The notes beneath the pieces were generated by a model. That model saw only the letters and a program-made list of their open reading frames with translations. It had not been told where the DNA came from and did no database searches. From NCBI GenBank assembly GCA_963693365.1, contig CAVNZM010000007.1:9979962-10043961 (forward strand): a stretch of DNA of 64,000 nt. Direction: 5' to 3'. How positions within the stretch are numbered: position 1 is the first letter of the stretch; every line of letters starts with the position of its first letter. This DNA is from Amoebidium appalachense. Its lineage: Eukaryota; Protista; Ichthyosporea. This document shows positions 34,042-45,362 of this stretch, piece after piece. The position numbers and the translations under genes are program-made.

Positions 34042-34846
34042 TCTTAGTTTCTTCTTCGAAACCCGTACAGTGCAGCGGTGTTACAAGTTCACAACTGGCG
34101 CCAAACCCACCACCAGGCAGACTGTGGTTGCTCAAGATTGTGTTATTTGCCTTTGTCATCGCTTTTATTGCAATGGAATCTGCATGGGTCAGATCTAACC
34201 ACCGAATGTGCTTCTATCCAATCAAATCTGCGCTTTTGGGTTTAAAAAAGCATTACCTGCATACCTAGAAGAATACCAAGTTTATCCACGTTGAACTTCA
34301 GCAGATTGTCAAATTGTCATCCACAAACAAATAGCATATGCTTGCACTTGGTCTGAATATGCCAGGGACTAATAGCTCCTCTTTCCAAAAAATATATGCT
34401 CTGCCGTTCTAGTTGTGATGGTAACAATCCATAGTCTGCCTTACATGTAATATAAGTGCACAGTAATGCTCACTTCTCATTGGTTACCTGAGTCCGATTC
34501 CCCCGAACCTCGCGATTTGACCCCCACATATTCTGATCTCAGACAGAGATTCCCGCCAGGGCCTATGGCAAGCGGGAGCCGGGGAGCTTTTACAGTTGTC
34601 AGGCTGTTGTTGTCGAAATTGATTACGTAGGTACACGGTATATATGATGGAGCAACGAAATTTCGAATTTGCATGCGCACGCGCATTCGAGCGCATGCGT
34701 ATAGCTGAATGTTGATCCACCGTATCTCCGGCCTCACTCACTGCCGCAAATCCGAATGATTCCGATCGATCGATCATAATTGCTCGAGCCGGGCTCCCGC
34801 CCCCCGGAGGAGGAGGAGGAGGAGGAGGAGGAGGGGGGGGGGGGAA

Positions 34847-34886
<40 letters not shown>

Positions 34887-36738
34887 AGAAACACTCCGGT
34901 GCTCGAGCCCCAACAGGCTGTCAGTGACCGGCACCGGCTCTGAAATGATGCATGGCCACCGACATAATGAAATTTGTAGGGTACACTCGACACCCCCAAA
35001 ATAGTGAAGGGTTGGGGAGATATTCATGGGTGCAGGCCGCCAACCAATAGCCTGCCCTCTTCGGGTTTACTGCCTAAGCTAGTGGTACGTGCACGTGGGA
35101 CTAAGGAACAAGAGGGAAAAAGTGGAACGAGGCACTTAGTGTGAGGGACGGAGTGGGAGGGACGGTGACGGGACTCACACAGAGCTGCCAAGAGTTTGTA
35201 TTGGGCCTGTGCTTGTGAGCGATGGCCAATCTGGCTGCCGTGAGCCGGGGCCTATACCCCAGTGCGGGCGAGGTCACGTAATCTCGCTCGGGCATTACAA
35301 AATGCCATTATTCTCCTCCTTTTATCTGTTGTGCACATTATCATTGATACATATCAGTTTACTCGGATAACAACGATGGCGCTATGTGCTATATATAGTT
35401 GCAGCGCCTTGGGCCATACTCAATACTCATGTGGTATGACATATGGCCAGAGTGTATGAAAGGCCTCTGTTCACGAGGAAAGTGACTGTTTTTGTAGGTG
35501 CCGTGCGCCCGTCACTGCCTGACCGTGGCCCGTGGCCGTGGGGCATAATTGCGCTTGCCTGGGGGTGTTGACTGGCTGGGGGTGTTGACTGGCTGATCAC
35601 GTGGGGCTTCCACGGCCTGACGTCGACGGAAGTTAAGCAGCTAAGACATAAGAGCGAAGACTACGGTCAGCTGCTGCAGCTCAGAATGGGCCTGCCCTGA
35701 GTTCGAGACTCATGACTGAGTCATGAGTATCCAGCGTTCACGTGCAGCACGGTACTGAGATTTACGATAGACCGGTCGACTCGCATTTGTATTCAGCACC
35801 TACTGTTGACCACCACCTCTGCATGCGGTTGTATTTTGACTGTACTGACGCCCTCGGAACTGCAGCTATTGCAACCCCTTAAAATTTGGCAACCCAGCAT
35901 CATTTGATTCATAAGATTGGGCTGGTTAACAATATCAATTAGTTAGCTACTGAGCCACACGCGTCGCCCCAGTGACCCGACTCATCGTGTAATCGGTTTC
36001 TGGTGTCTAATGCTCGTATGTGTAATATGTGTGGGGGGCGGTTTACTCGCGGCTGCATATCTATCAATAAGTGCAACCTGTTAGCTAACGTATTAGAACC
36101 GGAGGTTATATATATTATTGGCGGTTTTATTCTCTTTTCTTCCTCTCTTCCTCAATATATCCGTTTTAAGATGACTATCCTAGATCACCTTATTAATGCT
36201 GCACAGTATGATATTGTGATCCGGTGCCTTAACTTTCTTTCGGAGCTACCGATGCTAGCCTCTGCTTACCCATAATATGTAATAGGGGTGTCATATACTA
36301 CGATGGCGCTCATTGTTGCCTAGCATGTACATATGTCACTGGCTGCATTTGATTGGCTGCGCTGGAAAACGCAGTAGGCCGTCGAATGTGGCTGGGCCTC
36401 CGGCAGTGTCCACGCAATAAAAAGTGTGTAAACCCAATATATACCAGAGCCATGAACCGGGGTTTACCCGGGTGCACGAGCGACTCAGACTAGGGCCTTA
36501 TGAAAATATCCCGGGTTGCACGTATTTCATAATAATTACGTAGAGCGTGTTAACTGACGCCAAATCTAAAATGCAGATTGCATATCATTCTTGTTTGTTG
36601 CTGTTGTTTAGATTTTTGGGGAAGTGGGGCCGGGGGGGGGGGGGGGGAGAGGTGGTGGTGGTTGGCGCGGGGGGAGAGGGGGAGGGGAGGAGGGGGGGCA
36701 CGTGCAGGGTGTTCGGACACCGAAAGCAGATTGTGTAG

Positions 36739-36793
<55 letters not shown>

Positions 36794-37309
36794 GGGGGGA
36801 GGCGACCACAAACTTTACGGTTAGCTTGTACGCTTACGGCAACTAATCACTCCACAGGACTTGGGCAAGCAGGGAGTAATGAGCAGACTGAATGTCCGGG
36901 TGTTTGTCTGCGCCTGTTGGGTGGCAAGGGGGAGGGGGGGGGGGGGGAACTGAGGTGGGGTATGCAGCCAAGAATATTCGGGAAGGCAATACGGTGGCCG
37001 ACGTCAAAAAAAGAGGCTCTGATTTAATGCCAAATCGATGCCAAATTTAAAGGGGCAGATCTGCACTGTCATTGCTACTTATGGCAAACCAGTTGGTTTT
37101 AAATGTCCCATGCCTGGGTGTGGCTGCCGAAACCATGTCGTGCAATGTGCATAATGCTGGCCCAGGGCCCGACTGATCACTCTACGTACACAGAAGCCTG
37201 TGAGAGGGCCAACACGAATATAACTATGTACTCGGGATGTGATTTAAAACCATGATTATGTTCATTGTAAACTAAATACGCTAAAATCAAAATTTGCCAA
37301 CTAAAACGC

Positions 37310-37807
37310 TCACACATCCACGCTGCCGTTGCGTTCGTGGGGATTGCCGTCGTCATTCTTCTTCATCTGGTGGCTGCTCTCACCCTGGCCCTGCTCCACG
37401 TCCGGCTGCTCCACTGTTTGCACCTTCATGGCGTTGACAGCAACATGCTTGATGTCGGCCACGGCACCCTCCTCCTCGTCAACAAGGAACCGGGCAGGCA
37501 GGTAGTGGAAGGCTGCACCCATGGGCCCACCGAGCATGGGGCCGAAGAAGAAGATCTGTACAGGGAGGAGGGGTTAGAAAGACCACACTACAACGATTAC
37601 ATGCCGTGCAGCATGGACAACATAATGCACGTTATAAGTAAACCCCATCCTTGAAAAGGAGGGGAGGAGGGGAGAGGGGGGGGTGCAGTTTACATGACTA
37701 TTTGTTACGTGGTCAAAAATATCCACTGTCCCGCCAGCTTTCGCGGAGGGGGCGCCGCCGCAAGAAGGAGAAAAGGGGGTTGGGGGTTGGGGGGTTGCGG
37801 GAGGGTG

Positions 37808-37840
<33 letters not shown>

Positions 37841-38974
37841 AGACTTGAAGGACAAGTCCACAATGAAACAGAATGCGGAGCTAGAAGCAGTAAGGTGGGA
37901 GTGAAGCACTTGTATCCAGGTGCACGTGACCAACGGAAATCTATTTCAGCATGAACCATTCGGGGTGTGGGAGCAGCAGACGAGGCCAGGAGCTGGTGCG
38001 AGTGCATGATCTTAGGAAGGGAGGAATTGGGAGAGAAGGCCGGGAACTGTACGATGTATGACTTAAAGGGAGACAGACAAGGCAAGCAGCACGGACTAAC
38101 AAGCAGGTCTGCAGTGGGCCAAAACTCGGCTGGGGCGGTCAAGGGCAAGGCAAAAGAATTAGATTGCTAGGAAAGAATCAGCGGGGGCATGCCACAGAGA
38201 GCGTAAGGCCAGACTAACGCTCACAACCAACATGCAAACCATGGTGAATGGTGGTGAACTCACCCAATAGTCATGCCAGTCACCGGTGATGAGTGCCGGC
38301 CCGAAGCTGCGTGCCGGGTTGATGCCGCAGTTTGTGACGGGGATAAGCACCAGATGGGCAAGCAACACGGAGAAGCCGATGGCCAGGGGCGCCATGAAGG
38401 GAGCACGGCCGTGGGGCTCGTTTGCCTTGGGGTCGACGGCCATGGCAAACACGGTGTACGTGAGAATGGCCGTGCCAAACACCTCCAGGAAGAAGCCCCG
38501 CGCGGTGCTGACGTCACCAGCGAGCGCATTGAGGGCGAAGTTGCCGTGGCGCTGGTCGGGGTACAGGCCCTTCACCAGTGCTGTGCCGACAGTAGCACCC
38601 AGGAACTGAGAAATGATGAAGAGAATGCCCTTGAAGAAGTTGCACTTGCCGAAGGTCACCAAAGCACACGTCACGGCGGGGTTGAGGTGGCCGCCGCTGG
38701 TGGGGCCAGTGTTGTAGACCAGCACGGCAATGGAAATACCAAACGTGAAGGCGTAGACGTACTTGTCGGCCTCGGACACGCGGAAGAAGCTTGGCGCCTG
38801 GGAGTTTGTGTTTGCGTTGGCATACATCGTCTGGTAGCCAGGCATCAGCACCGTGGAAGACACCACCGTACCAATGGTGATGAACAGGAATAACATCATG
38901 CCCGTAAATTCGGCGAGCAGCGAGCGCATGAAGCGCCGCGACGTCATGTCGGTGGGGACGCTGAAGTCAACCAT
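37310..38974 (-). CDS. Aquaporin (MIP family), paralog B, 2 exons (38974-38264, 37555-37310), ~318 aa
   Basis: Same NPA motifs and identical intron position (DYW|IFFFGPMLGG); nearly identical core protein to paralog A. Confidence 0.96.
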
Positions 38975-39128
38975 TTTCGCCCGTTAGTCTTTTCCACACC
39001 AGCGAGTGAAAGCGAATGTGGCTGGGCCTCCGGCAGTGTCCACGCAATAAGTGTGTAAACCCGCTGAAAGTGTACTTTGGCCGCGAGTGCGTTTTCACAA
39101 ACTGACGCCTTCGTGACCGTCACAGGCA

Positions 39129-39342
39129 CAGGTGTGTTTAGGGTCAGAAAATTGCCCCTGAAAGTCCGAAAATTGTCCCTAACTTTTTGATGTTAGGTCC
39201 ATCAATTCTTCAAAAATTGGCCCTAGCAGGGCCAAATAGATAAGAAAATACACCCAAAAACGGTTGTTGGCTCTATTAGGGCCATCCAGGCTGGTGGAAA
39301 GTTGCTAAAATGGCACTAGCCAAAAACAAATTTCACACCCTG
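39129..39342. mobile_element. hAT-like non-autonomous element (~214 bp) just upstream of aquaporin B
   Basis: Imperfect TIRs CAGGTGTG... and ...CACACCCTG; 8-bp flanking duplication CACAGGCA (39121-39128) and CTCAGGCA (39343-39350), 7/8 identical. Confidence 0.6.
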
Positions 39343-40175
39343 CTCAGGCAAGTTTTTTGTGGCTCAGACGCTCAGTTCGAGCAGCCAATAGGAATCGCCG
39401 ACGGGCGTTTTATAGGCATTTTTTCCCACAGTACTGAATATCCATGTGAGCGCGGCAAATATTATTTATTGCGTGTATTTAGCTAAGTCACTTGACTTTA
39501 AAGACTTTTAGATGACAAAAAACAGCAAAAATACCAATGTTTACTATTTTCTTACTTTTTGTTTGCGATTTTTATCATCAACTAGGATCGTAACGGTTTG
39601 TGAGTCGTAGAGATTACCACGGGGTTCGATATTTGAATACCCCAAAGTATGCGGCACCAATTATTGGACGGACGGGTTGGACCCCACCAACGAATAGAAT
39701 ATAACAGGAAAAAAATAATTTTAGGCTTTTTAATAAGGCTCAATCAATCACTTTCTCGCTGTGGTTTTTATTCTGGGGACAATTTAGCCCTTACTAATTT
39801 GAATTCATCGTAGGCCAATCTGGGGGTTTGTATCACCATTGGAATTCATAATGCATTCTTTTATCAAAAAAAATCATTTCCGATTAGATGATAGGGCTAT
39901 GTTTTTCATGTGACCAATCAGCGAAGCCCTAAGTTCAGGTTACGACATCGAAATGTGATGGGAATATGAATTCGAACACGGATGAAAGTCGGATGGGGGA
40001 CGGATGGTCACAGCTTTCGTTCAAGAAATATGTTTTGGACAAGGAAAAGACTGAGGACGCCAGGTCCCGGAAGCCCCATTTACATCGTGATGTTTATTGA
40101 TCTGGGGGGCTCCCGTGTCTGGGGTGACTCGATGTATATCTACGTCACATGTTAACCGCACAAGAGAAGGATAGT

Positions 40176-40744
40176 GCCGCTTCACGTGGGGGCTAGAATT
40201 TAGAAATGCGGCAAATCTGGAAGTTCTAAATTTGTCTTTAGAACGTTCTAAATTGTTCCGGTTCGCACAGGTCTGATTTGGATAATTTAGAAACTCTACA
40301 TTGTTTCTTGCTTTGTTTAATAAATAAATGTAAAAACTTAACATTGAGACTGTGATAAATATTTTATAAGCTTATAAATATGCATATTAATATTTTTTGC
40401 AAGGTTTTTATATAAGTATCGCTGAAAACTTCATAACAAAACAGAAGACAGAAACTACAGCATAGCACAGGTATGCAAAAAACCCCTTTTGGACCAATGA
40501 TCTTCAATAAGGTCATTGATTGGTCTAGACAAAATGCAGCCGACCAATCGGAAATCAGTTCAATTTCTAGATTGGCTCCACACATCTGGAAGACCCCCCC
40601 TCCCCTCCAGATTGCGACATCTGGAAGAGGATTCTAGACCCCGATGGAATGCATTAAATTTAAAGCGATCGATCGGAGTGGACATTTGTTAACGCTAATT
40701 ATCTAGATTCCCATATCTAAATTATAGCCCCCACGTGAAGCGGC
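40176..40744. mobile_element. TIR-bounded MITE (~570 bp), PIF/Harbinger-like termini
   Basis: ~33-bp TIR GCCGCTTCACGTGGGGGCTAgAATTTAGAaATG at left, reverse complement CATaTCTAAATTaTAGCCCCCACGTGAAGCGGC at right; AT-rich non-coding interior. TSD ambiguous, so the superfamily is uncertain. Confidence 0.75.
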
Positions 40745-41252
40745 TCAGTGTGTGTCCTCCTCACACATGGATAAGGCTAGTACGTGGGTGCAAACATATA
40801 AGCATGTGGATGCATACTAGGGGTGGGGGGGTGTCGTTGTATCCTAACGTGCGTGTACCAAGAGACGCGGCACTCTACTAAGTGTACACACACGGAAAGG
40901 AACGCGCGAATACGAAAAACGGTAAAGTTTATTATAGACCAGGCTCCGACGGGCAAACTGAGATCCGAACGGAATCCAGCTACAAGTCAAGTCACAACTG
41001 TAGTAAGTCACAACTGACTGACTGAGGCCATCAAGGCCGTGCCCTAATAAAAGATCATCATCACCTGGCCCCCTACGATGCCACATTCCATACATTCCGA
41101 TCTAACTCTATCGTGCGCCTGCACGAGCTAAGTCTATCGGCTCACACTAATATAAATATCATCGTCTCACCCCTCTCCCTTCCCCTAGTGGCACCGCAGA
41201 GTCTAACTCTACATTTCATACTATCTCCCCCCCCCTCCCCCCCCTTCCTCTA

Positions 41253-41428
41253 CTCCTTCCTATACATCGAAATATATAAATACGTTTGGCAGCATACACT
41301 ATCAAAACTTGCCAATATTTACAAGGGCTTCTGCACGAACTTATGGGCAGAAGCCCTTGTAAATATTGGCAAGTTTTGATAGTGTATGCTGCCAAACGTA
41401 TTTATATATTTCGATGTATAGGAAGGAG
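41253..41428. mobile_element. Stowaway/Tc1-mariner-like hairpin MITE (176 bp) with TA TSD
   Basis: Perfect 84-bp inverted arms 41251-41334 and 41347-41430 (including flanking TA) around a 12-nt spacer; termini TA|CTCCTTCC...GGAAGGAG|TA. Confidence 0.85.
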
Positions 41429-41554
41429 TATCGGGGGTTTCACATTCCAAAGTCCTCCTACGATCTATTCTACACGTGGTCATCTTGCCCGCAGCTGTAC
41501 AGCTATCTTGAGACCCGGACTTGATCTTGATGATCTGTGGACCCGGGCCACCCC

Positions 41555-41604
<50 letters not shown>

Positions 41605-41699
41605 ATCTTGATCGTAGACTTCGGATGATCTGCTGAGACGGATTAGTATATGTCAACTCCCCCCCCGGCCCCCGGAAAAGCCGAGTCCCACCTCAGTCA

Positions 41700-42260
41700 C
41701 ATTTTACACCTAACACCCCCTAAAAAGACATACAAGGTAAGACTAATCAGTCTCCCAAAAAAATTAAACTATATAAATTACGAAGAAAATAATAAGCTTG
41801 ATACCTTCGGAGACATAAGCTTGATACCTACGGAGACACCTATGATAATAAATTAAATTCCTACGACTACGTTCACAGTCCTCCTCGGTCTCCCCCCCCC
41901 CTCCCCCTCCCCCCGTGTGTCTACGTGTATTTGCATCACTTCCCCCCCGGCCCCCTCCCTCACCGACTTTTTCACACCACGATTAAATTGAGGAATAACT
42001 CTCTTCGGCCTAGAGGGAGCACTAGGCAACTCCCTCTGCACTAACCTAGCTTCATAAGCACGAATAGAAAACGGGCAATCCAAATGAAACTCAGGCAACC
42101 ACTGATCTTCCTGATAACCTCCCTCAAAACGAATTAAATAATAATTTACCTTACCTTCCTTACCTTCGATAACCTTTTTATCCATAATTTTATCTACTGC
42201 AGCCTCCGATACATCCACCGACCCGTCATAGTCGGGGGTGAATGCATCTAACACTCGACG
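41700..42260 (-). mobile_element. Ty3/gypsy chromovirus remnant: integrase C-terminal chromodomain, putative PPT and LTR start
   Basis: ORF 41853-42254 contains VDKIMDKK...YYLIRFEGGYQEDQWLPEFHLDCPFSIRAYE (chromodomain pattern). Downstream on the minus strand TTTTTAGGGGG is followed directly by TGTTAGG at 41715, as expected for a PPT/3'-LTR boundary. Far LTR end not defined. Confidence 0.75.
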
Positions 42261-42281
42261 GCCCTCCGGCCGTTTTTGTGA

Positions 42282-42748
42282 TTTTGTGTGGGTTTAACGG
42301 AGAAGCAGAGTGCACAGAAGGGTGTTATGATATACACAACACATAGACACACGGGAGAAACACAACCGGAGAGGTGGAACGATTTCTGGGACCATATGAA
42401 ATGATTTCAACTGCTTGATTTTTATTTCAAGACTTTATACTCGGGAATGTGAAATCGATAAGCCAATCAAAAGAAGGAAAACTCTTTTATCCAATCAGAA
42501 AGACGAAAATTATGAGGGTAAAATAAATCGATCGAAATGCCTGTCGACACATAGAAGATAAATCGCAATCTTCTAATGAAAGTAATCTTCTAATGCAAGT
42601 ACGGAAACATTTAATAAAATGAAACCACTTATGTATCTATTAGTTCACATCATATATTTATACACGTTCTTAACATAACACGTCTAAATATAAGTATTCC
42701 TAATAGCTGGGGAGCTTAGAGCAATTCTACGTCGCGGGAAAAGAAGGA
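42282..42748. repeat. Dispersed repeat copy 1 (~470 bp; second copy at 49702-50171)
   Basis: Colinear shared blocks e.g. GACACACGGGAGAAACACAACCGGAGAGGTGGAACGATTTCTGG, CCAATCAGAAAGACGAAAA, AAAATGAAACCACTTATGTA, CATAACACGTCTAAATATAA; scattered substitutions and small indels. Confidence 0.9.
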
Positions 42749-42809
42749 AACGGTGTTACCAGATTTGACCAGATGTGCACGATTTTCGCTACATCTCGCC
42801 AGCCACATT

Positions 42810-43436
42810 TCAGATTTTGTCGTTCCGCATCGCAAAAGGCCTCCGATGACCGTATTTGATCTTTTCAAAATCACCTGGGTAAGAATCAATCGGCCAGGAA
42901 GGTGGTGTGGAGAGTAAAGAATACGAAGGGGGCGTGGAAGGAGCAGAATTAAGGTGGAATAATTCGGAATAATAGTCATCTGTGGAAGTGAGTGTGTCGG
43001 GTTTATCAGGGCTACATGTAATAGTGATGGAAGGGCCAAATCGTCCTAGACTCTTGAGGGTGGAAATTATACAAGAATCGTGGGAAAGTGTTTGACCTAA
43101 GTGACCTAAGGTGAGAGATGGTCGTAACCTAACATACGGATATGCGACACTACCGACCACACTATCGCCTAATTCGAATAAAAAATCAACAAGAAGAGAA
43201 TAACATACCTCAAGGAGATACGGGTCCCTCCGCTGTCGAGCATCCTGCACGGCTTGCAGGAGGGTGAGGTGAATCTCCTTATAGGCATTTTGAATACTAA
43301 GCCGATTGAGTTCATCCTTAAAGTTGCGACTAATAAGGCGTTTAGTTACACGAACAATGTGTGGCGAAACAGGAGTGGAAATTTGAATAATAATAGGCTT
43401 GTGGTCGGATGCAGTAGAAAGCGCAGCCTCGGAAAG
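42810..43436 (-). pseudogene. Non-LTR retrotransposon ORF2 fragment (C-terminal end of APE endonuclease plus linker)
   Basis: The frame of ORF 42810-43250 stays open upstream: LSEAALSTASDHKPIIIQISTP...RLISRNFKDE. SDHKPI (SDH at 43401-43409) is the terminal catalytic motif of L1-type APE endonucleases. Truncated at both ends. Confidence 0.65.
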
Positions 43437-44501
43437 CGGGGGGGGGGGGCTCCCGTGTCTGGGGTGACTCGATGTATATCAATATCGACGTCACAAGGTC
43501 GTGGCTCCCGAAAGACCCCCCGAGCTGTGACACGCCAGTCACCCACTGTTCCGAGACACCTGTTGGACCAATATTAGTATATACAGTACATATATAAGCA
43601 GTTATACACCTATAAAGGATATACGTTTAGTTTTATAAATGCACTCGTGATACGTACGCTTAGCTCATGTCATGCTCATTCACTCAGCGTGAGCCACGAT
43701 GACAACAGAGCGAAACGTCGATTCGATCAAGATCGCTGCATGCATGAGCTCGAGATTGAGGATCGTGCACTCAGACTGTCTGCAGCCTGAGTCAGCTGAT
43801 GCCAAAGTTTTGTTTCGTAGGTTCATATAGCAATAAATACAAACTATACTAGCCCAATATTCCATGAAGCCTTTCATGCCCGGGGGGGGGGGGGGGGGGA
43901 GGGGGGGGGGGGGGGGGAGGGGGGGGGGGGGGCCAGGGGGGGGGAGGGGGGGGGGGGGGGGGGCACGTGCACGGGCCTCAGTCAGTGCAGTACTCATGAA
44001 CAGTGCGGCGGCCCTTCCCCAGCCCGTGACCGAGGCTCAGAGTGGCAGCCCGTGACACATGTGCCTGTGCACATGTGTGTGCTGTACACGCTGGCACTGA
44101 GGCACCGTGGGCACTGTTTGGCAAACGTTGCACGGGTACATGGAACACGTGTTTCAGCATAACAAGGATGTGCACAACGTTGTGTTATGATGGCTGCAGC
44201 TGGGGCAGAGTGACCACTCGCAACAGTGTGTCCACTGCAGTGAGTGCGACAGGCCGCTGTGCACGGCCCATGCATCTAGCACTGCCTACCGCACAGAAAC
44301 AGGCCCTGGGTGCCAACATCTGCAGCTGGCCGCCCTATGCACGATCGCGAACCGGGCCTTCAGTAGGGGGTACAATCAATAGGGTACTCAAGTGTAGAAT
44401 CCAAAAAGATTCCTGAGCTGTAGGGTCGTTATCTCACCTATTGACAACAACCTTCCCCCCCCCCCCCCCCCCCCCCCCCCCCGGGAAAAAAGAGACCGGA
44501 A

Positions 44502-44536
<35 letters not shown>

Positions 44537-44745
44537 CGGGGGACTCTGGGGGATACACTATGCACATACTCAGGCCACCGCGCTCTCCATGGCACCCTCA
44601 GCGGTTGCTGTGCGGTAGGCAGTGCTAGATGCATGGGCCGGCCATGCAAGCAGTCTTGTAAGCACGCCATGCAACACTCTCACATACCGTCACATCCGCA
44701 TGAACACACCGCACACACACGACGTACCGCACACACACACACAAA

Positions 44746-44778
<33 letters not shown>

Positions 44779-44809
44779 GTGGCACACACACACACGCACA
44801 CACACAGTG

Positions 44810-44847
<38 letters not shown>

Positions 44848-45121
44848 CTACACATGCACACGCACATGCACACGCCGCACACACACACACACCACATACC
44901 GCACTGACACCACTCGTGCGTGCTTACACACACGCACCTCACGCGCCGGCCACATGCATCCGAGTCTACGTGTACATACATGTACACACACACACGCACC
45001 ACTGACTGGTACATACACACATGTTGTCACACACACACTATACACACACACACACTTTGACACACACACACACACACACACACACACCGTGTGCGTGCCT
45101 GCCGTGCACTCGTCGACGTTT

Positions 45122-45152
<31 letters not shown>

Positions 45153-45362
45153 GGTTTATGTGTGTGTGGGTGGGTGGGTGGGTGGGGGGGGGGGGGGGGG
45201 GGGGTGGGGGGGAGGGGAGCCTCAGGGGGGAGGGGCGCTGAGCCGGGGAACATGAGATGCTCTGTGCGATAAGTATGGGCGTGCGAGATCGTGTATACTT
45301 CTAGATGCTAGAGCGAAGTTGCAGGCTTAACCTTAGAAGTAAACTATCTAGTTCACGACCAT

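Noticed and set aside
35709-35729. Palindrome ACTCATGACT-G-AGTCATGAGT (AP-1/GCN4-like sites)
   Set aside because: Real but short and 1.7 kb from the nearest ATG; function cannot be supported.
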